Source: Dokdonella sp. (GTDB lineage: Bacteria; Pseudomonadota; Gammaproteobacteria; Xanthomonadales; Rhodanobacteraceae). From it: a DNA stretch of 64,000 bases. Each line of letters opens with the position of its first letter. The first letter of the stretch is position 1. Below are positions 10,543-19,077 of this stretch, one piece after another. The notes below the pieces were generated by a model. It saw only the letters and a program-made list of their open reading frames with translations. It ran no database searches and had not been told where the DNA came from. Made by a program: the position numbers and the translations under genes. The DNA lies in contig JANQAE010000001.1 in NCBI GenBank assembly GCA_024707225.1, positions 1,793,387 through 1,857,386 on the forward strand. Reading direction: 5' to 3'.

Positions 10543-12073
10543 ACGCGCGATCGGGCACGCTGCGCAACACGCTGTTCTCGTCGGTGGGCATCTACACCGA
10601 GTACGTGCTCGGCATGCTGACCTCGATCGTCATCGCCCGCTATCTGGGGCCCGACGACTTCGGCGCGTACAGCATGGTGGTCTGGCTGGTCGCGATGGGC
10701 GTGGCGATCACCAACTCCGGCACCGCCAGCGCGGCGATCCGCTTCGTCGCGCAGATGCGCGGCGGCGGCCAGCCGGAGCTGATCGTGCCGGTACTGCGCT
10801 TCCTGCGCCGCGCGCAGCGCCTGTTCCTGCTGGTCGTGCTGCTGGCCGGCGCCGCGCTGTTCGCGTTCGCCGGCGGCAAGCTCGCGCCGGGCTTCAATCA
10901 CGCGATGCTGTTCGGCTTCCTCGTGCTGGCGGTGACGCTGCGCTCGCAGTACATGTTCAACATCGGCGTCTGCAAGGGCTTCGAGGACTTCCGCGCGACC
11001 GCCGTGGTCGCGCTGATCGCCACACCGGTCAATCTGGCCCTGGTCGTGGCGTGCTGGTGGTTCGACGCGCCGGTCGAGGCGCTGCTGGCGGTGTTCGTCG
11101 TCTCCAGCGCGGTGTTCTTCGCGGTCTCGCAGGTCAAGGCGCGCGCGCTGCTGCCGGCCGTGCCGCCGGTCCCGGCGCTGCCGGCCGACCTGCGCGCGCG
11201 GATCGGCCGGCACATGCGCATGACGGCGATGATCGTGACGGTCGGCTTCTTCGCGGCCAGCGAAGTGGAGGTATTGTTCCTGAACCTCTACGGCCAGGCC
11301 GCCGCGCCGGCCAGTTCAAGGTGGCCTATCAGCTCGCGTCGGGCGCGGCCCTGCTGGTGCCCGGCGTGTTCGGCGCGCTGCTGCTGCCGATGATGGCGCA
11401 TGCGCTGAGCCAGGGCCGCGAGGTGGCCGGTCGGCGCTTCGCGGCCTCGACCGTGTACCTGTCGCTGCTGGCGTTTCCGCTGATCGCCTACGGTTTCGTG
11501 TTCGGCGACTCGATCATCACGCTGCTGTTCGGCGAGGCCTATCGCGCGGCCGGTCCGGTGTTCGCGTGGTGCCTGTTCGGGGCTTCGATCGTCACGGTCT
11601 CGCAGGGCGGATCGAGCCTGCTGCTGAGCGCCGATCGCCAGCTCGTCGTGCTGGCCGTCGTGTTCGGCTGCGGCGTGCTGAAGATCGCGCTCGATGCGCT
11701 GCTGATCGCGCGCTACGGCCTCCACGGCGCCGCGGCGGCCTATGTCGCGGTCTCGCTGGTCTCGTCCTCGGCGATGATCGGCATGGGCATGCGCACCAGC
11801 GGCGTCGGCCTCGACGGCGCACGGCTGGCGCGCATCGGTGCCGCGGCGCTCGTCGCCGGACTCGCGCTCTGGCCGCTGCGCGGTCACTGGCCGGCACTGC
11901 CGACGCTGATCGCCGGCGGAGTGGTGCTGCTGCCGGTCTACGCACTGGCCACCGTGCTGCTACGCTGCTGGACCGCGGCCGACATCGGCCACCTGCGCCA
12001 GCTGCACGCGCGCCTCGGCAGGAGCCGGCCGCATGCGCTGGCGCGCCTGCTGGCCTGGGCCGAACGCCGCTGA
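10539..12073 (+). CDS. wzx: Wzx-type oligosaccharide flippase (apparent frameshift near 11300)
   Basis: IARYLGPDDFGAYS at the N-terminus; the C-half (GQFKVAYQLA...YGLHGAAAA) is in ORF 10508..12073; about 14 TM segments. Confidence 0.88.
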
Positions 12074-12087
12074 GGGGGAGAGAGCTG

Positions 12088-13455
12088 ATGGGGATCGGAT
12101 ACGAGCCGCTGTTCCGCCACGTCCTGCTGCCGTTCTACGACCAGACCCTGGCCGGACGCGGCACGCTGAGCTTCCTGGCCGAGTACGAGCGCAGCCAGTG
12201 GCTGCCGCCCGAGCAGCTCGAGGCGCTGCGCTGGACCAAGCTCAAGCGCCTGCTCGAGCACTGCTGGCGAGAGGTGCCGTACTACCGGCGGCAGTGGACT
12301 GCGCTCGGCATCACGCCCGAGGCGATCCGCACCCCGGCCGACTTCGCGCGCCTGCCGGTGCTGACCAAGCACGACATCCGCACCCATTTCGATTCGCTCA
12401 AGGCCGACTCGCTGCGCGACTCGCTGCTGTACAAGTCGACCAGCGGCTCGACCGGCGAGCCGTTCCGGTTCGGCTACACGCGCGAGAGCAACGACCGCCG
12501 CGCCGCGGTGATGTGGCGCAGCTACGGCTGGGCCGGTTCGCGGCCGGGCCGGCGCACGCTGTACCTGTGGGCGGTGCCGTCGGGCCTGAAGCCGCTGCAG
12601 GCGCTCAAGCAGCGCCTGTACAACCGCGCCTACAACCGGCTGATGCTCGACAGCTTCGCGATGCGCGAGGACACGATGGCCGAGTACGCCGACGCGATCG
12701 ACGCCTGGCGGCCGGAGATCGTCGTCGGCTACGTCGGGCCGCTGGTGCGGCTGTCGCAATGGCTGCTGGCCAGCGGCCGGCGCATCCACCGTCCCGCCGC
12801 CGTGCTCGGCGCGGCCGAGTCGCTGCACGACTTCCAGCGCGAGATCGTCGAGCAGGCGTTCGGCGCGCCGGCGTTCAACACCTACGGCTGCCGCGAGTTC
12901 ATGCTGATCGCCAGCGAGTGCGAGCGGCGCGAGGGCCTGCACGTCAGCGCCGATCACCTGTACGTCGAGATCGGCGCGCCGCTGCCGAGCGCGGCCGACC
13001 GCGCCGCCGGCGAGATCATCGTGACCGACCTGTCGAACTTCGGCATGCCGTTCATCCGCTACACGACCGGCGACCTGGCGACCCCGGCGGACGCGCCGTG
13101 CAGCTGCGGGCGCAGCCTGCCGCTGCTGGCCAAGGTGCAGGGCCGCAAGCTCGATGCGATCCGCACGATCGACGGCCGCTACCTGCCGGGCGAGTATTTC
13201 CCCTTCATCTTCAACGACGTCAAGTGGATCAAGCGGTTCCGCATCGTGCAGCGCCGGCTCGAGGCGATCGAGCTGCAGCTGGTCGTCGACGGCGAGGCCG
13301 ATGCGGCGCGGCTCGACGCCGCGCGCGCGCTGGTCACGCGCGCGCTCGGCGACGGCATCCAGATCGACATCCGCGTCGTCGACGATATTCCGGTCGCCGC
13401 CAACGGCAAGTTCCGCGTGACCATTTCCGAGCTGTCCGATCCGCCCGTGCCATGA
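12088..13455 (+). CDS. CapK-like / phenylacetate-CoA ligase family adenylate-forming enzyme
   Basis: KSTSGSTGEP loop, FNTYGCRE, GEIIVTDLSNFGMPFIRYTTGD, GRKLD, NGKFR. Confidence 0.88.
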   Translation: MGIGYEPLFRHVLLPFYDQTLAGRGTLSFLAEYERSQWLPPEQLEALRWTKLKRLLEHCWREVPYYRRQWTALGITPEAIRTPADFARLPVLTKHDIRTHFDSLKADSLRDSLLYKSTSGSTGEPFRFGYTRESNDRRAAVMWRSYGWAGSRPGRRTLYLWAVPSGLKPLQALKQRLYNRAYNRLMLDSFAMREDTMAEYADAIDAWRPEIVVGYVGPLVRLSQWLLASGRRIHRPAAVLGAAESLHDFQREIVEQAFGAPAFNTYGCREFMLIASECERREGLHVSADHLYVEIGAPLPSAADRAAGEIIVTDLSNFGMPFIRYTTGDLATPADAPCSCGRSLPLLAKVQGRKLDAIRTIDGRYLPGEYFPFIFNDVKWIKRFRIVQRRLEAIELQLVVDGEADAARLDAARALVTRALGDGIQIDIRVVDDIPVAANGKFRVTISELSDPPVP

Positions 13456-14582
13456 ACATCACCCACGTCGTCGAGAACTTGAACCGCGGTGGACTGGAGC
13501 GGGTCGTGATCGACCTGATCGCGGTCCAGCAGGCCGCCGGCCATCGCTGCCAGGTGGTCTGCCTGTTCGAGCGCGGCGCGCTGGCCGCCGAGCTCGACGC
13601 GCACGGCGTGCCGGTGATCGCCTGCGGCAAGCGCTCGGGCTTCGACCTCGCCGCGGTACGCCGGATGCGTGCGGCGATCCGTGCGCACGGCACCGAGGTG
13701 CTCAACACCCACAACTCGATGGCGCACTACTACGCGGCGATCGCCACGCTCGGCCTGCGGCTGCGGCGCATCAATACGCGGCACAGCATGGGCGTGAGCG
13801 CGCACCATCGGCGCCGCGACTGGCTGTATCGCGCCTCGATGCTCGGCACCGACGCGGTGATCGCGGTCTCGCGCGCCTCGTGCGAGGCCGCGCTCGCCCA
13901 GCACCTGGTGCCGGCCGACAAGGCGGTCGCGATCCCGAACGGCATTCCGATCGGCGCGTTCCGGCCGCGCTCGGCCGAGGCGCGGCAGCGTCTGGCCGAG
14001 TCGCTCGGGCTGCCGGCCGACGTCGCGCTGCTCGGCACGGTCGGCCGCCTGCATCCGGCCAAGGACCATGCGCTGCTGCTGCGCGCGTTCGCGCAACTGG
14101 TCGCCGGCCATCCGCACACCGCGCTGATCGTCGTCGGCGACGGTGCGCTGCGCGCCGATCTCGAACGCGAGGCGCAATCGCTCGGCATCGCCGGGCGCGT
14201 GCGCTTCCTCGGCGATCGCGGCGACGTCAAGGCGCTGCTGTGCGCGTTCGACCTGTTCGTGCTGTCCTCGCGTACCGAGGGCTATTCGATCGCGCTGGTC
14301 GAGGCCTGCGCGGCCGGGCTGCCGATCGTCGCGACCGCGGTCGGCGGCAATCCGGAAATCGTCCGGGACGGCCGCAACGGACGCATCGTGCCACCCGGCG
14401 ATGCGGACGCCCTGGTCGCGGCCATCGCCGGCCTGCTCGAGGACGTGCCGCGCCGCGAGTCGATGGGCGAAGCGGCGCGGGCCTGGGCGCTCGCGAACGG
14501 CTCGGTCGAGGCGATGGCCGAGCGCTACGAGGCGGTCTATCGCGGCGCACGCCTGCCGGACGCGGCGTCCGCCTCGCGTTGA
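13452..14582 (+). CDS. GT4-family glycosyltransferase
   Basis: LNRGGLERVV, GTVGRLHPAKDH, LSSRTEGYSIALVEACAAGLPIVATAVGG. Confidence 0.93.
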   Translation: MNITHVVENLNRGGLERVVIDLIAVQQAAGHRCQVVCLFERGALAAELDAHGVPVIACGKRSGFDLAAVRRMRAAIRAHGTEVLNTHNSMAHYYAAIATLGLRLRRINTRHSMGVSAHHRRRDWLYRASMLGTDAVIAVSRASCEAALAQHLVPADKAVAIPNGIPIGAFRPRSAEARQRLAESLGLPADVALLGTVGRLHPAKDHALLLRAFAQLVAGHPHTALIVVGDGALRADLEREAQSLGIAGRVRFLGDRGDVKALLCAFDLFVLSSRTEGYSIALVEACAAGLPIVATAVGGNPEIVRDGRNGRIVPPGDADALVAAIAGLLEDVPRRESMGEAARAWALANGSVEAMAERYEAVYRGARLPDAASASR

Positions 14583-14694
14583 CCTGACGCGCAGGGATGG
14601 GATACTGGCGCCCGCCGACGCCGGCCGGGTGCTCGGATCGCGGCGCCGCCGGAACGCGCCGGCCACCGGACGCACCGCACGACGCCGTCTCACG

Positions 14695-15334
14695 ATGAAG
14701 CTGCCGAACAAACAGACCTTGCTGGGGCTGCTGCCCGACGCGCTCGCGCTGACGCGCGGCGACCGGTCCGAACGCAGCGCCTACCTGACCTTCGACGACG
14801 GCCCCAACCCGACGTTCACGCCGCCGCTGCTGGACCTGCTGGCACGCTACGGCGCACGCGCCAGCTTCTTCCTGATCGGCGACCAGGTCGAACGCCATCC
14901 GGACATCGTCGAGCGGATCGTCGCCGAGGGCCATCTGATCGGCAACCATTCCTACGACCACCCGCATTTCGACCGCCTGCCGCTGAGCGAACAGATCGCC
15001 CAGGTCGAACGCACCGACGACCTGCTCGCGCGTTTCGACGGCCGGCCGCGGCATCGCTTCCGGACGCCGCGCGGCGCTGGTCCCGCTGCGCCTGCTGGCG
15101 CGCTTCGCGCGCCAGCGCCGCGGCATCACGTACTGGTCCTACGACAGCCTCGACTACGACGACCACCCGGTCGACCGGCTCGCCGGCGCGCTCGAGCGCC
15201 ACGGCCTGCGCAACGGCGAGATCGTGCTGATGCACGACGACAGCGCGCGCGCCGCCGGCATCCTCGAGCGGCTGCTGCCGCAGTGGCGCGACCAGGGCAT
15301 CGCGCTGCGCGCCCTGCCGGAGGAACCTGCCTGA
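14695..15334 (+). CDS. NodB-like polysaccharide deacetylase (apparent frameshift near 15072)
   Basis: YLTFDDGP, ASFFLIG, IGNHSYDH, FRTPRG; second frame gives YWSYDSLDY...GEIVLMHD, ending at TGA 15332-15334. Confidence 0.88.
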
Positions 15335-15546
15335 ACGCCGGCTGTGCGACGCGAAGGCACGGCGCGGCCGCGGGAACCTCGCGAACCGGCCGCCCTCAGA
15401 GCACGGCCGGGGTGTGAATCATTGTTCCATCGGCCCGCCGCCCGCTAGGCAGCGGACCGACCGACCTGGGAAAATCCACCGATGCCGACCGTTTCGCCGA
15501 CCGCGTCCCGCCCCGTCTCGCCCGCCCGCATCCCGCGCGCGCCGCG

Positions 15547-16746
15547 ATGAGCCTCGTCGCCGCGCTGCTGGTCGTCCTGATCGCCGGTCCGCTGCTGGCG
15601 GCCTACCTGGTCCATCGCGTGCTGCGCTCGCGCAACATGCAGATCTGGATCGGCAGCCATCTGCGCCGCAGGCCGCGTCCGCCGGTCGCCGGCCCGACCC
15701 ACGTCATGTTCTGCTTCGTCGACCACTTCGAGCCGATGTGGAAACAGGCCGATCTGGCGACCCAGCGCGTGCGCGTGGACCGCTGGTGCACCGACTACCG
15801 CGCGCTCGCCTCGCGTCATCGCGACGCCGACGGCCGACCGCCGCAGCACGGGTTCTTCTATCCCGAGGAGGAATACCTCGAGGAGCATCTGGCCAAGATC
15901 GAGGCGCTGTGCGCCGAGGGCTACGGCGAGATCGAGATCCACCTGCACCACGACAACGACACCGAGGACAACTTCCGCACGGTCATGCGGCGCTTCTGCG
16001 ATCTGCTGCACGAGCGCCACGGCGCGCTGTCGCGCCACCCCGAGACCGGCGAGCTGATGTTCGGCTTCATCCACGGCAACTGGAGCCTGGACAACTCGCG
16101 GCCCGACGGCCGCTGGTGCGGCCTGAACAACGAGCTGATCCTGCTGCGCGAGCTCGGCTGCTATGCCGACTTCACGCTGCCGTCGGCACCGAGCGACACG
16201 CAGACGCGCACGATCAACTCGATCTACTACGCGACCGACGATCCGACGGCGCCCAAGTCGCACGACGCCGGCGAGCCGGTCCGCGTCGGCGGCACGCCGA
16301 GCGGCGACCTGATGATCGTGCAGGGCCCGCTGGGCCTGAACTGGCGCGACCGCCGCTTCGGCGTGATGCCGCGCATCGAGAACGCCGACGTGCGCGCCGG
16401 CGTGCCGCCGAGCGCCGAGCGCGTCGACGCCTGGGTGCGCACCGGCATCCACGTCGAGGGCCGGCCCGAGTGGGTGTTCGTCAAGGTGCACACGCACGGC
16501 ACGCAGGAAGCCGATATCGACACCCTGCTCGGTCCCGCCGCCGACGCGATGCACACGCATCTGGAGACCGCCTACAACGACGGCGAGCGCTACGTGCTGC
16601 ATTACGTCAACGCGCGCGAGGTCTACAACATCATCAAGGCCGCCGAGGCCGGGCACCACGGCGATCCGAACGACTTCCGCGACTTCGTCCTGCCGCCGCC
16701 GCGCGCGTCCTGGGCCGGCAGCCGCCGCGCCGGAGCGGCGGCGTGA
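15547..16746 (+). CDS. Uncharacterised membrane-anchored His-rich protein, possibly a divergent deacetylase/hydrolase barrel
   Basis: Clean 399-aa ORF with typical codon use; N-terminal TM; FVDHFEP, EIHLHH, FIHGNW and VKVHTHG motifs. Confidence 0.75.
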   Translation: MSLVAALLVVLIAGPLLAAYLVHRVLRSRNMQIWIGSHLRRRPRPPVAGPTHVMFCFVDHFEPMWKQADLATQRVRVDRWCTDYRALASRHRDADGRPPQHGFFYPEEEYLEEHLAKIEALCAEGYGEIEIHLHHDNDTEDNFRTVMRRFCDLLHERHGALSRHPETGELMFGFIHGNWSLDNSRPDGRWCGLNNELILLRELGCYADFTLPSAPSDTQTRTINSIYYATDDPTAPKSHDAGEPVRVGGTPSGDLMIVQGPLGLNWRDRRFGVMPRIENADVRAGVPPSAERVDAWVRTGIHVEGRPEWVFVKVHTHGTQEADIDTLLGPAADAMHTHLETAYNDGERYVLHYVNAREVYNIIKAAEAGHHGDPNDFRDFVLPPPRASWAGSRRAGAAA

Positions 16747-17573
16747 ACGACACGCCTTCGGGCGGCCGCGCCGGCGACGGCGCCCGCGGCTCCGGTCCGT
16801 CCGGTGCCGACGGCAGTGGCGGCGCCGTGGTCAGCGTCATCATGCCGGTCTACAACGCCGAGTCGACGCTGCAGCGCTCGATCGACTCCGTGCTCGGCCA
16901 GACTCATCGTGCGCTCGAGCTGATCGCGGTCGACGACGGCTCGTCGGACGGCTCGGCCGCGCTGATCGAGGCGCAGGCTCGGCGCGACGCGCGCGTGCGG
17001 CTGATCCGCCAGGCCAATGCCGGCGTCGCCGCCGCGCGCAATGCCGGCATCGCCGCGGCCACCGGCAGCCACGTCGCGTTCCTCGACAGCGACGACTGGT
17101 GGCATCCGCGCAAGCTCGAGCTGCAGCTCGCGCAGATGCAGCGGCAGGGTGCCCAGGTCGCCTACAGCGGCTACCTGCGCGTGGCCGAATCGGGCCGCAC
17201 GCTGTCGCGCGTCGATCCGCCGGCCGAACTGGGCTACCGCGACCTGCTCAGGAGCAACCACATCGGCCATCTGACCGGTATCTACGACCGCCGCATCGGC
17301 GACGCGCCGTTCCTGAAGATCGGCCACGAGGACTATGCGTTCTGGCTCGATCGCCTGCGCCGCGCCGGCCGCGCCGTGCGCGCCGATCACGACGAGCCGC
17401 TGGCCTACTACCTGGTCCGCGCCGGCTCGCTGTCGTCGAACAAGCTGCGTGCAGCGCGCTGGCAGTGGCGCATCTATCGCGAGGTCGAGCGGCTGAGCCT
17501 GCCGCAGGCCGCCGCTTTCATGGCCAGCTACGTCATCCAGGCGCTGCGCAAGCGCCGGCCGGGACCCGTATGA
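16743..17573 (+). CDS. GT2-family glycosyltransferase (TuaG-like)
   Basis: VSVIMPVYNAE, VDDGSSDGS, GVAAARN, AFLDSDDWW, GHEDY. Confidence 0.93.
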   Translation: MNDTPSGGRAGDGARGSGPSGADGSGGAVVSVIMPVYNAESTLQRSIDSVLGQTHRALELIAVDDGSSDGSAALIEAQARRDARVRLIRQANAGVAAARNAGIAAATGSHVAFLDSDDWWHPRKLELQLAQMQRQGAQVAYSGYLRVAESGRTLSRVDPPAELGYRDLLRSNHIGHLTGIYDRRIGDAPFLKIGHEDYAFWLDRLRRAGRAVRADHDEPLAYYLVRAGSLSSNKLRAARWQWRIYREVERLSLPQAAAFMASYVIQALRKRRPGPV

Positions 17574-18481
17574 GCGCGAACACGGCAGCCGATGCCCTGG
17601 CCTACACGGTGATCATTCCGGCGTACAAGGCCGCCGCCACGCTCGGCACCGCGCTCGACAGCGTATTCGCGCAGCAGCGCCCGGCTGCCGCGGTGATCGT
17701 GATCGACGACGGCTCGCCCGACGGCGAGGCGATCGCCGCGGTCGTCGCCGGCTTCGACGGACGCGTGACGCTGATCCGGCAGCACAACCAGGGACCGGCC
17801 GCCGCGCGCAATCACGGCGTGCGCACGGCGACCACGCCGTGGATCGCGTTCCTCGACGCCGACGATTCGTGGCTGCCCGAGAAGATGGCACGCCAGCTCG
17901 CGCTGGCCGGCGAGGACCGCGTCGGCCTGATCCACGGCCAGGCCCGCGACGAACGCGAGCCGCTGCCGGCCGCGCTGGACCTGGACCGGCTGTGGACGCG
18001 CAACCGCATCTGCACGTCGATGGTGGTCGTGCGCAAGGCCGCGTTCGACGCGGCCGGCGGCTTCGACGAGGACCCGGCCCTGATCGGCGCGGAGGACTAC
18101 AACCTCTGGCTGCGCCTGGCCGCCGACGGCTGGGACGTGCGCGCGGCGCAGGGCCGGATCGGCAACTACACACCGGCCGCCGGCAGCATCACCAGCCAGA
18201 TCGAGCGCTGCGCGGCCGCCGAGATCTACAACGCGCGCAAGCTCGGCACGGCGCTCGGCTTCGAGCCGGCGCGCATCGAGGCCAAGGTGCTGGCGATCCG
18301 CACCGACTTCGGCCGCCACCTGCTGCACGCACGCGATCTGCCGGCCGCGCGGCGGATGCTGTGGGCGCCGCTGCGGCGACGGCCGCGACCGGCCGTCGTG
18401 CAGCTGTGGTGCGCGACCTTCGTGCCGCCGGCCCTGCTCGACCTGCGCCGCAAGCTGCGCTCGCGGCGGCCCGCCCGCTGA
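17570..18481 (+). CDS. GT2-family glycosyltransferase
   Basis: VIIPAYKA, IDDGSPD, GPAAARN, AFLDADD, AEDYNLWLR. Confidence 0.92.
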   Translation: MSANTAADALAYTVIIPAYKAAATLGTALDSVFAQQRPAAAVIVIDDGSPDGEAIAAVVAGFDGRVTLIRQHNQGPAAARNHGVRTATTPWIAFLDADDSWLPEKMARQLALAGEDRVGLIHGQARDEREPLPAALDLDRLWTRNRICTSMVVVRKAAFDAAGGFDEDPALIGAEDYNLWLRLAADGWDVRAAQGRIGNYTPAAGSITSQIERCAAAEIYNARKLGTALGFEPARIEAKVLAIRTDFGRHLLHARDLPAARRMLWAPLRRRPRPAVVQLWCATFVPPALLDLRRKLRSRRPAR

Positions 18482-18759
18482 CGGATCGACCGGCGGGTGT
18501 CCGCGACGGGCCGGCGCGTCGCGTAGGGCGCGCAACCCGACCGCGGCGATCCGCGGTGTCGCACACGCGATGCCGCGAGCACGACATCTCGCTCACCGCT
18601 CCGATCTCCGCAATGCCGGACCGGACCGCGGCGGCCGGCTTCGCGCCGCCGCGGCGTCGCCGCTCGACGATGTCGTCTGCGCAGCGGCGGGGCGGCCTGT
18701 CCGGGCGCACCGCCGCCGCGTCTTGGCTGGCCGCAGGCGGTCCTGGGTCGCGGCGCCGC

Positions 18760-18787
18760 GTCGGTCGGTCGGTCGGTCGGTCGGTCG
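18760..18787. repeat. Tetranucleotide simple repeat (GTCG)7
   Basis: Seven exact GTCG units counted in the intergenic region. Confidence 0.9.
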
Positions 18788-18869
18788 CCCAGAGCTTGGC
18801 GTCATGCCGCCGCCGATCCGTGTCGCTGCGGCGAGTTGCCGCAGCGCTTTCGCAGCGGCGCAAATTTTT

Positions 18870-18885
18870 AGTGATGGTCATCACA
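18870..18885. promoter_or_regulatory. CRP/Clp-type box upstream of lyase 1
   Basis: AGTGA-TGGTCA-TCACA (9/10 match to TGTGA-N6-TCACA) with AT-rich flanks in a ~70% GC background. Confidence 0.7.
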
Positions 18886-19077
18886 AATACGGAAGAAGCC
18901 CTCGAGGTTCTGATGACTTGCTCACAATCGCCGCGCGGCCGCACGGTAACGTCGCTTCCGTCGTAACCCGTTGCTACGCAGGACCGTTTTCCCCTGATCG
19001 GCATCGTGCGGCCCGGCCCTCCGGCCGGACGCAGCGGGCGCGGCATGCTCCCATCACGTCGAGAGGACGATCCACCC

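Noticed and set aside
15413-15428. TGTGA half-site upstream of the 399-aa gene
   Set aside because: The second half (GTTCC) does not match TCACA.
18626-18654. 10-bp GC hairpin after the GT2 operon
   Set aside because: No U-tract, it is 145 bp from the stop, and such stems are frequent at this GC content. Not supportable as a terminator or REP element.
18946-18967. Two GTAAC pentamers like those near the wHTH-kinase
   Set aside because: They are 17 bp apart rather than 10-11, and the flanks differ.
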